Positions 41,589-50,474 of a stretch of DNA of 64,000 nucleotides are shown here, one piece after another (the stretch's first letter is position 1; each line of letters begins with the position of its first letter). The notes under the pieces were generated by a model. That model ran no database searches and had not been told where the DNA came from. It was given only the letters and a program-made list of their open reading frames with translations. The position numbers were made by a program, and so were the translations under genes. The stretch is from Sphingomonadaceae bacterium (GTDB lineage: Bacteria; Chloroflexota; UBA6077): NCBI GenBank assembly GCA_050261575.1, contig JBLNDL010000092.1, positions 1 through 64,000 on the forward strand, read 5' to 3'.

Positions 41589-43466
41589 CTAGATAGCGTA
41601 GCCCAGCAGCTTCAGCCACCCCTGGGCCAGCCAGAGCAGGTCGGCGGCGCGACGGAACAGCGGCGCAAAGCCGAACCAGCTAGTGTAGCTGTTGTTGGCC
41701 CAGCGGGTGTCCAGCATCAGCTTGTGCTCGGGATCGACCTCCACCTTGGCGGCGGGCGAGGAGCGCAGGTACTCGTACCGCTGCCACCGAGCCTCGCCGT
41801 CCCACGTCTCCCGCTCCTGGTGGCCGTCCTCGAATGTGGTCACCACCTCCACCGGCATGGTGCCATCCTCCAGCCGGCGGGCGACCACCACGCTCCGGTA
41901 GTCGCGCCCCTCTCGCTTGACCTCCAGCGGCTCCACCGAGTAATCGAAGACCGCCGCCGAGTAGAGAGCCTGCCGCAAGAAACCGGTCAAGCCCTCTCCC
42001 GCATGCTCCCGCACCACGTTCAGGAAGTCCTCGGTGGTGGGGTGACGAAAGGCGTAGCGCTGGAAGTAGTCGCGCATCAGCTCGCCCATCTTCTCCGAGC
42101 CGAGGTGGCGCTCCAAGGTGCCCAAGATCAACTCGGCCTTGGCGTAAACGTTGCCACCGTAGCTGGCGAAGTCGCGGAACCTCCACGACTCCTGGACCAC
42201 GGGATCGAGCCGGTGGACGGCGAGATACTGAGCCCTATCCGCGGCGATCTGCCCGACGTGGAGCCCCAGGACGACGCCCATGGAACTCTTCGGGCCGTGC
42301 AGCTCGTCCATCAGCTTGCGAGTGGAGTAGGTGGCGAAGCCCTCGTCCAGCCACGCCTCCTCGAACTCGTTGCTGGCTACCATGCCATACCACCACTGGT
42401 GCGCCACCTCGTGGATGGTCACCTGCTCGGCATCCAGCAGGCCCGACACCGGAAGATCTGTCGCGGAGACGGTCACCAGGGTCGGGTACTCCATCCCGGC
42501 GCCCGCGCTCTCTGGTACGTCCGCGACCGTCAGCCGGGGGTAGGGGTAGGGTCCGTACCAGCGGCCGAAATGCTCCACCGCCGCAACGGCCGAGCCGAGG
42601 AAGCGATCCTTCAATCCCTCGTGTTCGGGTGGATAGAGCAGACGGATGTCCGTCGCACCCGCCCTGGCCCAAGCCTCGCGGAAGTCGGGGTTTGCCACCC
42701 AGGCGAAGTCGTGGACACTTCGGGCCTCGAAGGCGAGGGTCCTGGTGCCGTCGCCGTTGTCCCGCTCCCACAGCGGCACGCCGCTCGCCCCAACGACGAA
42801 CCGCTCCGGCAGGGTGATCTCCACTCGGTAGCTGCCGAAGTCCGCGAAAAACTCGGAGAACGCGTGGTACGGGTGGGCCACCCATCCGCGCTCCGTTAGG
42901 GCGGCCAGCTTGGGAAACCACTGGGCGATGGTGTACTGGTCGCCTTGGTAGCCCATGCGGGCGATCAGGCGGGGCAAGCGCACGAGGAACTCGGCCTCCA
43001 ACTCCAGCGACTGCTGCGGCGCCAACGGCTGGGGCAGCGGGACCCTCATCACAGTATCGTCCACACTTGAACCGGGCAGCAGGTCGTGGCCGGAAGCGAG
43101 CCGCAGGGCCAAGACCTCCATGCTGCCCCAGTTGTTCTCGGCCACCGAACGGCGGGCCGCCTGGGGGTTCTCCCGCATGAAGGTGCTGTCTATGCTCCTG
43201 AAGGCGTTGGGATAGAGGTGAAGGTAGAGCTCCTCCACCGGGCGGGAGGTGTCGTTCAGGAAGGTTATCCTCTCGCTTCCAGAGAGCTCCTTCCGCCCGG
43301 TGTCCAACCGCACGGCGATCTGGTAGGAGGCCACATCCCGGGCCTGGGCACGGGCGACGAGGGGAGGGGGGAGCAGCCCCGCGGCGAGGGCCAGGAGGGC
43401 GGCGGCCAGGATCGCGCAGTGCCAACCCCGGCGAGGGATCCGGTGCGCGCCCCGCGATCCGATCAC
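41589..43466 (-). CDS. Secreted M1 family zinc aminopeptidase
   Basis: Signal peptide ending ARA|Q, LHLYPNAF, QWFPK, AGMEYP, HEVAHQWW followed 18 residues later by WLDEG, and YAK. Start uncertain (43466-43658). Confidence 0.9.
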   Translation of the reverse strand: MIGSRGAHRIPRRGWHCAILAAALLALAAGLLPPPLVARAQARDVASYQIAVRLDTGRKELSGSERITFLNDTSRPVEELYLHLYPNAFRSIDSTFMRENPQAARRSVAENNWGSMEVLALRLASGHDLLPGSSVDDTVMRVPLPQPLAPQQSLELEAEFLVRLPRLIARMGYQGDQYTIAQWFPKLAALTERGWVAHPYHAFSEFFADFGSYRVEITLPERFVVGASGVPLWERDNGDGTRTLAFEARSVHDFAWVANPDFREAWARAGATDIRLLYPPEHEGLKDRFLGSAVAAVEHFGRWYGPYPYPRLTVADVPESAGAGMEYPTLVTVSATDLPVSGLLDAEQVTIHEVAHQWWYGMVASNEFEEAWLDEGFATYSTRKLMDELHGPKSSMGVVLGLHVGQIAADRAQYLAVHRLDPVVQESWRFRDFASYGGNVYAKAELILGTLERHLGSEKMGELMRDYFQRYAFRHPTTEDFLNVVREHAGEGLTGFLRQALYSAAVFDYSVEPLEVKREGRDYRSVVVARRLEDGTMPVEVVTTFEDGHQERETWDGEARWQRYEYLRSSPAAKVEVDPEHKLMLDTRWANNSYTSWFGFAPLFRRAADLLWLAQGWLKLLGYAI

Positions 43467-43780
43467 GGGGACCTGGGAAGGGAGCACTCGAGACAAGCAG
43501 GCCACCTCCGCGGCCCATCGTAGCCGATGGGCGCGGCGCGGATCAAGCGTCAGGGGGCCGTTCGGCGCGGATGGCGGCAGGGTACTCCGCGGGAGTCGAT
43601 CTCGTACCTGCCCGACCGGCGTGCATCCGAGGGCAACGGCGCTGGGGAGGGACTCCACCAGCAGGGCCGTCAGGCGCAGGGCGACGGCAGAGGCGCGCTC
43701 GGGAGCGGCGGCACGGCCTCGGGGAATTGGAGGACCCGTGCCGCGGCAGCCGCCGCTCCCTCACTCTGCGGAACGGTCTT

Positions 43781-44551
43781 CTACTTGTTGACGCACTCCT
43801 TGGAGTACCTCAAGGCCTCCGATGCGCTGTTAAAGAGGAAGTTCACGTCGTTCATCACCATGATGAAGGTGAAGCCCTGCTCGAGCAACTGCGGGACCTG
43901 CTGGACAGTCCTGGCGGCGGTGCCGATGGGGACCCCGAACTTCTTCGCGGCCCGGACCACCTTCGCGACGGCCTCCGCGTGTGCCGGGTCCTTCTCGCCG
44001 AGGCCCTTGCCCAACCCCATCGACCAGGCCAGGTCGCCGGGCCCCATGTGGACGAGGTCGATGCCCGGCACGGAGAGGATCTCCTCCACTCTGTTGACGG
44101 CGTCGATATGCTCGATCTGGATGGCGACCAACACCTCGTCGTTGGCGAACTTCTGGTAGTCTGGCCCGCCGTAGAAGCGCCAGCGGCCGGGTCCGGCGCT
44201 CCGGTTGCCCTCGGGGGCGTACTTGCAGGCTTTCACGGCCCGCTCGGCCTCCTCCGGCGAATTCACCATCGGGATCACCACGCCGTAGGCGCCGGCGTCC
44301 AGCGCCTGCTTGATCGCGGCAGGGTGGTTCTCCCGAACGCGGCACATGGGGACGGTGTCGGTTGTGCCGATGGCGATGAACATGTCGTGCATGGTGTCGA
44401 CACCGATGGCACCGTGCTCCGTATCGACCACCAACCAATCCCAGCCGACGTGGGCCATGATCTCGGCCGAGGCGATGCTGGGGATGTTGAGGAAGCATCC
44501 GAAGGCAGGCTTGCCTTCCTTGAGGAGTCGCTTGATCCGGTTGGGTCTCAT
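43781..44551 (-). CDS. HpcH/HpaI family class II pyruvate aldolase
   Basis: GWDWLVVDTEHG, LDAGAYGVVIPMV, YAPEGNRS, QIE and GPGDLA. GAGG SD. Confidence 0.93.
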   Translation of the reverse strand: MRPNRIKRLLKEGKPAFGCFLNIPSIASAEIMAHVGWDWLVVDTEHGAIGVDTMHDMFIAIGTTDTVPMCRVRENHPAAIKQALDAGAYGVVIPMVNSPEEAERAVKACKYAPEGNRSAGPGRWRFYGGPDYQKFANDEVLVAIQIEHIDAVNRVEEILSVPGIDLVHMGPGDLAWSMGLGKGLGEKDPAHAEAVAKVVRAAKKFGVPIGTAARTVQQVPQLLEQGFTFIMVMNDVNFLFNSASEALRYSKECVNK

Positions 44552-44922
44552 ACTTTTAATCCTCGTCGATTAAGTCTGAGCTGCGCTTCCCACTTGCGCA
44601 TGCGTGCCGGGGAGCAGCCGCCGGGCACCCGTCAAGCGAGCGGACGGGATCGGACCCTGCTCGCCGCACACTCGGCGCCTCCTGGCCACCATCCATCCTC
44701 CCACCCCGAGTACTCGCCCTCTGGCCGGCCATCTCTCCCAAAGGAGGGAAGCCGGAACCGCCTTCCGCTGTCGGGCGGGACTTCGCCGGAAGGGCTGGCG
44801 CGGGTCGAGACACGAGTGAAGCCTAGAGTCCCTCGGGGTACCAAGGCAGGAGACAAGAGGGCGACGGCCGAGCGGCGGCAGGCTTGGCAGCAGTATCGGA
44901 TCCGATACCCTTCTCGGCCCGA

Positions 44923-44951
44923 AGTGTAGAAGAGAACGGTGACCCTGTCAA
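44923..44951 (-). promoter_or_regulatory. Near-consensus sigma70 promoter
   Basis: Minus strand TTGACA (44951-44946), 17-bp spacer, TACACT (44928-44923). Confidence 0.7.
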
Positions 44952-45206
44952 CGCGACCAGCCGGGCGGCTGGTCGCGGGGGGTGTGAAAAGACCCTCCCA
45001 TCCCGGTATTGGGGCGGGTCTCAGGCCCGCCCCGGCCGGCCACCGGTGGTGAGGGTTGAGGACATCAGTCCGGCAAGCTCCTACCCGAGTGGGTGAACAA
45101 GACCCTGGCCGAGAGAGGTTGCCATATCGTGGAGTAGGGCACCGAATCGGCCGCGGCGGCAGGGTGCCGTATCCACGGGGAGATCCCGATTAACCCCACC
45201 GTCCCG

Positions 45207-45395
45207 TCACACGCGGGCGGTGCCGAGCCTCTCGATCCTGACGATGATCTCCTGGATGGCTGCCTCTCTCTTCTTCATTTCCTCCCGCCACTCGTACTGT
45301 TCGGTGTTTGCTATCTCCATGCGGAGGTCCGATAGGTACTCGGACAGGATATCCCTCAGCAGTCGCGCCTCCTCCGGCTGCAGCGCGAGTTCCAT
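45207..45395 (-). CDS. Small helical hypothetical protein (62 aa)
   Basis: AAGGAG SD before ATG 45395; MELALQPEEARLLRDILSEYLSDLRMEIANTE... is amphipathic-helical. Confidence 0.75.
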   Translation of the reverse strand: MELALQPEEARLLRDILSEYLSDLRMEIANTEQYEWREEMKKREAAIQEIIVRIERLGTARV

Positions 45396-45532
45396 CTCGA
45401 GCACTCCTTTCGGCGCCATCGATCCCCTTCGGCGAGGCTTGCGGCAAGACGCGCGCCCGCCCAAGCAGTCCATCTGCGCATTCGTACGCGTGGCGCACAG
45501 GGTGACGACGCACCGCGCCGCCGGGCTCAGCG

Positions 45533-45597
45533 GCAGGTATCTCTAGTTGGTGTCGACTTCTCTGGCGGGAAACGTGCACTCTATCAAGAGATACCTG
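45533..45597 (+). mobile_element. MITE-like element, copy B
   Basis: gcaggtatctctag...aagagatacctg; 55/65 identical, ungapped, to 48273-48337. Confidence 0.65.
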
Positions 45598-45598
45598 T

Positions 45599-47848
45599 CT
45601 AGCGCGCTGGCGGGGGACCGGGGATGGTCGCCGGCACGGGCCAGAGAAACGCCTCCTTTGCCAGGTCGCCGCCGTTGGCCACAGTCACCTCGCCCTTCTT
45701 GGCCCAGGGCACGTCCTCCTTCCAGTATTGGAAGGTGGCCCGCTGGGCTCTCACCACGAAGGAGTTGCCCATGTCGGCGTAGGCGACGGGCAGGCCGAAG
45801 TGCTGGAGCCAGGCGGGGTTGGAGAGGAAGCGATCTTTGATGGCCCGATTCTGGTCCAGAAAGGCCAGGTGGCGCACCACGACCTTCTCCCAGGGCAATC
45901 CGGTATCCGGCTTGGTGTCGAAGGGCTTGGGGGTCTGGCGATAGGCTAGCAGCCAATCGTCCAGCCCGCGATCGTGCATCAGGTCGAAGGTGTTCAGCAA
46001 GTATGCCTGCTTCACCTCCGGCCTCCACTGGAGCACCCCCTTCTGGAAGGCCTGGGTGACGAAGCCATCTAGGACGAAGCGATGGGTCACGGGGTAGCCG
46101 AGGGCATCCACCCCTCCGAGCCGCTGGAACTCGCTCCAGAAACTCACGCCCCCCTCGTCGGTCACGGCGAAGCCGCTGGCGTTGGCCCCTAGGGGCCGGC
46201 CGTTGGTTTGCGTGAAGAAGTGGCCGTTGGGGATGTCGTAGTCCAGGGGTCGCGCTGCAGCGGGACCATCCTGCGAGCGGGGCAGGCTCAACTCGTACCA
46301 TCGCTCCCCCTCCAGCGACATCTTCAGCCTCGAGCCGTCCTGGCTGAAGGAGACCGCAGTCTTGCCGGTACCCTCGACCCTGGCCAGAGAGTAACCCGTC
46401 CCCATTTTGGGATCGTTGACGAGCGCCGCCGGATCCAGCTCCAACTGGGTCGCGGAGGTGGAGTAGATCCGCATCACCTTGGGGTCGGTCCAGGTGAGGA
46501 AGAGCTGGGAGAGCCGCTGCGCTTCGAAGCTGAGGCGGGTGCCTTTGTAGCTCTTGGCGCTGACGACCAGGGCGTCGCCGGTCTCGTAGGCCCAGCGGTA
46601 GCCCGGCGATGGCTTGTCGGACAGGTAGATGTAGCCGCCACCCATGCCCCCCCGACCCAGGTAATCGGCCAGCCCCTGCACGGCTGGCACCACCGGTTTC
46701 GCCGATCCGTCTGCCCGGAAAGCGCCGAACGCGTTCTGCCGTTCGTTGGCCCCCTTGGGGAAGTCGTTCAGCATCCACTTTCCACCGCCGCCCTGTCCCT
46801 CGGCGAGGAGCAGCATGTAGAGCGCCGCCTCGTAGTTGGCGCTCTCCTCGGGCGACATGCCGGAGGTGGAGAAACCGAACTCGCCCAGCAGCACCGGCTT
46901 GCCCGGGAAGGCAGCGCGGAGGTTGTTCAGGACCCTGGCAACCCCCTCCACCGCCTTGCCGCTGGCATTGGGGTAGCGGTGGACCGTGACGTAGTCCAAG
47001 GTGCCGTTGGCCGGCAGCTTCGCCAGGATCAGGTCGCTATAGGCCACGGTGATGGGGCGCTGGTTATCAGCCTTGCGTATCGCGTCGATCTGGGGCTGAA
47101 GCCACATGGCGAGGGACGCGTTGACGGTGCCGAGCAGGCCGTCCCAGCGGCGCCCCTCAGGGGAGTCGATGTAGTCCAGGGTGGAGACCAGGTAGTTGCG
47201 CTCCGTGACCCAGGCCCCCGCAGCCGCCACGAACTCCTGGTAGCTCTTCAGGGTCGCCTCGGCACCGGCCATCTCGATGGGGGAGCGAGCGCCGCCCGGG
47301 TAGAGGGCTGAGGCGAGATCGCTGAAGTGGGGCTCGTTCTTGAGATCGTAGGCGAGTATGGTGGCGTTGCCAACGTATCGGGCAGCGATGCGGCTGTCGA
47401 TCTCGGCCACTTTGGCCAGGTCACGCTCGCCGTAGTCGTAGAGCGCGAGGATCACCGACAACCCCTGTCGCTGGGCCATGGACAGGAAGCTGTCCAGCTT
47501 ATCCCAGCGGTTCGCCTGGATATCCTTGACCAGGGGTGGCTGAACGAAGACCCTCACCGTGGAGAAGCCTGCCGCCCTGGATCGCCGCAGGTCCGCCTCG
47601 ATGAGGCCTGGATCGAACTTCCCATCCTCCCACATCTGCCAGGCCCGATCCGCCGGCCCCTCGTAGTTGACGGCCAGCAGGAAGGAGGGTCCCTTGCCGG
47701 GCAGCGCAAGCTTGCCGCCCTGGATCGAGGCTGCGGAGGGACCCTCCAGCGGCGCGGCCGCCGCCGATCGGAAGGCCGCAGCCAGCATCATCAGCAGGAT
47801 CAGCAGCCCAGCGGTGAGAACGACCCTCAGTCGGGTAGACAGAACCAT
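45599..47848 (-). CDS. Secreted clan GH-A (GH5/GH2-like) glycoside hydrolase with C-terminal accessory domain
   Basis: Signal peptide, acid/base YDLKNEP, HRYP and nucleophile LLGEFG. The C-terminal module reads GHFFTQ...FWSEFQRLGG...LGYP. AGGAGG SD. Confidence 0.85.
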   Translation of the reverse strand: MVLSTRLRVVLTAGLLILLMMLAAAFRSAAAAPLEGPSAASIQGGKLALPGKGPSFLLAVNYEGPADRAWQMWEDGKFDPGLIEADLRRSRAAGFSTVRVFVQPPLVKDIQANRWDKLDSFLSMAQRQGLSVILALYDYGERDLAKVAEIDSRIAARYVGNATILAYDLKNEPHFSDLASALYPGGARSPIEMAGAEATLKSYQEFVAAAGAWVTERNYLVSTLDYIDSPEGRRWDGLLGTVNASLAMWLQPQIDAIRKADNQRPITVAYSDLILAKLPANGTLDYVTVHRYPNASGKAVEGVARVLNNLRAAFPGKPVLLGEFGFSTSGMSPEESANYEAALYMLLLAEGQGGGGKWMLNDFPKGANERQNAFGAFRADGSAKPVVPAVQGLADYLGRGGMGGGYIYLSDKPSPGYRWAYETGDALVVSAKSYKGTRLSFEAQRLSQLFLTWTDPKVMRIYSTSATQLELDPAALVNDPKMGTGYSLARVEGTGKTAVSFSQDGSRLKMSLEGERWYELSLPRSQDGPAAARPLDYDIPNGHFFTQTNGRPLGANASGFAVTDEGGVSFWSEFQRLGGVDALGYPVTHRFVLDGFVTQAFQKGVLQWRPEVKQAYLLNTFDLMHDRGLDDWLLAYRQTPKPFDTKPDTGLPWEKVVVRHLAFLDQNRAIKDRFLSNPAWLQHFGLPVAYADMGNSFVVRAQRATFQYWKEDVPWAKKGEVTVANGGDLAKEAFLWPVPATIPGPPPAR

Positions 47849-47984
47849 ATCTTTGGAACCTCCAGGAGGGGAATCTTCGGGGATGAAAGTGGTGGTGGGT
47901 GCCTATGGAGTATAACGCAGAGGGACGCGATTGTTGCACGCACGAAATGGCCAATTTGGGCTATTGAAGACGGGAGAGGGAGGC

Positions 47985-48200
47985 CGGGAGGGGCGGGGTA
48001 GTACACCCGATCGACCACGGGGTGCTGGCGGAGACACCGGGCGACCCGCTGGGCGTTCTGCTGCTCATCTCCAGCCGCACCGCCAGGGTCTTCATCCCAC
48101 ACAGCAGCAGCCAGGAGTGGAACGGCCCCAGCGCCGGGCCGGTGGCGTTCTGCAGGGTGGCCAGCCGGGCTATCGTCTCCCCCAGCGCCGTGCGGGGGGT
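47985..48200 (-). pseudogene. Frameshifted internal fragment of a Cys/Met metabolism PLP enzyme (MetC/MetB-like)
   Basis: Minus strand reads LGETIARLATLQNATGPALGPFHSWLLLCGMKTLAVRLE, then shifts frame near 48067 to EQQNAQRVARCLRQHPVVDRVYYP. No N- or C-terminal parts are present. Confidence 0.8.
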
Positions 48201-48272
48201 TGGCGGCGCAAGAGCAGTCGTAGCCCGTGCTCTGGCCCAGAGCGGAGTGGCGGAACAGGATAGAGCATCTGA

Positions 48273-48338
48273 GCAGGCATCTCTAGTTCATATCGACTTC
48301 TCTGGCGGAAAACGCGTGCTCCATCTAGAGATACCTGC
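48273..48338 (+). mobile_element. 66-bp MITE-like element, copy C
   Basis: gcaggcatctctag...ctagagatacctgc has 14-bp terminal inverted repeats (1 mismatch) and ctga/ttag flanks as in copy A. Confidence 0.65.
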
Positions 48339-48403
48339 TTAGCTTATCCTGTCCATCCTCCTCGCCCTGCATACTGTTCGCCTTCGTCCTCGTCGCCTGC
48401 AGG

Positions 48404-49735
48404 CTACTTTCTGGGGTGGCGCTCAGAGAGCTCCGCCACCGCCTCCACGCCGGCCCTGAAAGCGGCGAGAACCCGATCGATGTCCTCGTCGGTGTGGACT
48501 GCGGAGACGTAGATCTTGTCGGCCACGCCCAGGAAGAGGCCGTTTCGGGCGGCAGTGCCGTACAGGACCGCGGCCTTCGCCGGATCGCCGGAGCGGATGT
48601 CGTCCCAGTTCACTATCTCCCGGTCGGTGAAAACCACCTGGAGCACCCCTCCATCCCCCGTGACCTGAGCCACCAAACCGGCATCGGCCAGCATCTGCTG
48701 CAGCCCAGACTTCAAGCGAGCCGTGGACTGGTGGATGCGAGGGTAGAGGTTCTGCTCCTTCAGCACCTTCAGGGTGGCCACGCCCGCCGCCGCGCTCACT
48801 GGATTGCCGTTCAGGGTGCCCGTCACGTAGGTGTAATCCGGTCGCCCCTTCCGGCTGTTGTCGCAGAGATCCATGATCTCCCCCCTGCCGGCCACCGCCG
48901 CCAGGGGATAGCCGCCGCCGACGATCTTGCCGAAGCAGGCGAGGTCCGGCACCACGCCGTAGTACTCCTGGGCACCGCCCCAGGCGAAGCGGAAGCCGGT
49001 GACCACCTCGTCGAAGATGAGGTCGATACCGTACCGAGAGGTGATCTCTCTCAGGAACGGGAGGAAGCCAGGCTTCGGGGAGTAGGATCGCTGGAAGGGC
49101 TCCACGATCACCGCAGCCAGATCGTCGTGGTTGGCCTCGATGACGGCGGCCGTGGTCTCGATGTCGTTGTAGGGGGCCATCAGCACGGTGCCGGAGACGG
49201 CGGACGGGATGCCCGCGGACTCCACCTTGGGCGCCGGGGAGCTGTAGGGCTCGGCGGGCCACACGCTGAGGATGGCGTAGTCGTGCACACCGTGGAAGGC
49301 CCCAACGAACTTCAGCACCTTCTCCCGACCCGTATGCGCCCTGGCCAGCCGCATGGCGAAGAAGGTCGCCTCGTTGCCCGAGCCGCAGAATCTGACCTTG
49401 TCGGCGCAGGGCACGGCCGAGACGATGGTCTCCGCCAGCTCCAACGCAGGTTCGTTCACGAAGTAGAAGGTGCTCGCCCGCGCCGCCTGCCGCTGCACCG
49501 CCTCGACCACCGCCGGGTGCGCGTGGCCGAGGATCAAGGGACCCGACCCCAGCAGGCAGTCGATGTACTCGTTGCCGTCCACGTCGTACAGCTTTGCGCC
49601 GCGCCCGGAGGCGGGAACGATGGCCAGATCCCGAGCCAGGCCGAACATCCCCAGGGTCCCCCCGGGCAGCAGACGGGCGGCTTTGTCCAGCAGGTCGAGT
49701 TGCTCAGGGCTGCGCTTGTGGCTCTCCGGTGTCAT
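48404..49735 (-). CDS. Class III aminotransferase, glutamate-1-semialdehyde aminomutase-like
   Basis: DVDGNEYID...GPLILGHAHP, SGNEAT, LIFDEVVTGFR, FGKIVGGGYP and GTLNGNP. Divergent, so not named hemL. Confidence 0.88.
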   Translation of the reverse strand: MTPESHKRSPEQLDLLDKAARLLPGGTLGMFGLARDLAIVPASGRGAKLYDVDGNEYIDCLLGSGPLILGHAHPAVVEAVQRQAARASTFYFVNEPALELAETIVSAVPCADKVRFCGSGNEATFFAMRLARAHTGREKVLKFVGAFHGVHDYAILSVWPAEPYSSPAPKVESAGIPSAVSGTVLMAPYNDIETTAAVIEANHDDLAAVIVEPFQRSYSPKPGFLPFLREITSRYGIDLIFDEVVTGFRFAWGGAQEYYGVVPDLACFGKIVGGGYPLAAVAGRGEIMDLCDNSRKGRPDYTYVTGTLNGNPVSAAAGVATLKVLKEQNLYPRIHQSTARLKSGLQQMLADAGLVAQVTGDGGVLQVVFTDREIVNWDDIRSGDPAKAAVLYGTAARNGLFLGVADKIYVSAVHTDEDIDRVLAAFRAGVEAVAELSERHPRK

Positions 49736-49802
49736 CTTCGATTCTCCTTCTACTTCCACACGAGTCGAGGGTGGGACCCTCTCAGCTCACCGAACCACGG
49801 CG

Positions 49803-50324
49803 TTACTCACTGGTCTCGCTCTCTTCGATCAATCCCAGGGCCATGAGATAGCCGATGGCGCGCTCCGTTCGGGGGTAGCGGTGGACCAGCTTCCAGAACT
49901 CGGGCGAATGGTTGGGCTGGAGCAAATGGGCCAACTCGTGAACCAGGACGTAGTCCTGGACCCAGTCGGGCACCCGCGCGAGGCGCTCGGACAGCCGGAT
50001 GGCCCCGACGTCGGGGCTGCAACTGCCGAAGCGCGAGTGCTGGTTGGTGACGTACCGCACGGAGACTATCTGGAGCTTCCCATCGAAGTAGCGTCGGTTC
50101 AACGCCTGGGCACGCCTCATCAGCTCCTCGTCCCCCCTGCGCTCGGCTCGGGAGATCCTGTTCTGGAGACGCGTTACCAGTCTGTCGACCAGCTCCCTCT
50201 CCCGCTCGGGGGGCAGCCCCTCCGGAACTCGCACCTCGATCCCGCCGTCCACGAGTCTGGCACCGACGGTCCTAGTCCTCCGGGGGCTGCGGACGAGATG
50301 GACGTTCCAGGGATGGTCAGGCAT
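49803..50324 (-). CDS. DUF45/YgjP-like (M48-related) metal-dependent hydrolase
   Basis: RSPRRTRT, RFGSCS and DYVLVHELAHL..NHSPEFW..V..YP. Confidence 0.88.
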   Translation of the reverse strand: MPDHPWNVHLVRSPRRTRTVGARLVDGGIEVRVPEGLPPERERELVDRLVTRLQNRISRAERRGDEELMRRAQALNRRYFDGKLQIVSVRYVTNQHSRFGSCSPDVGAIRLSERLARVPDWVQDYVLVHELAHLLQPNHSPEFWKLVHRYPRTERAIGYLMALGLIEESETSE

Positions 50325-50474
50325 GGGCCGATAGAGAGACTCCGTGCAGGTTGGCGGCAATTAAAGCAGGAAAGCAACGACTGTGCAAGCATCGCGTAGA
50401 CACTCTCCGGCCGGGATGCTATGGTGGAGGCACCGATCGAGTGCCGAGACGAGATGCAACCACTGGAGGTCGCC

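Noticed and set aside
44735..44860. Cobalamin riboswitch suggested by AGGGAAGCCGG and AAGGCAGGAGAC on the + strand
   Set aside because: The core CCCGC.ACTGT and GCCACTG elements are missing, no + strand gene follows, and the first motif is explained by a REP-like palindrome.
45533..48338. The 65-66-bp repeats as integron attC sites
   Set aside because: No RYYYAAC/GTTRRRY ends, one copy is inverted, the flanked gene has its own upstream region, and there is no intI.
38017..49735. UroD-like and HemL-like genes as a haem biosynthesis cluster
   Set aside because: Both are divergent paralogue-type family members, about 9 kb apart, with no other hem genes present.
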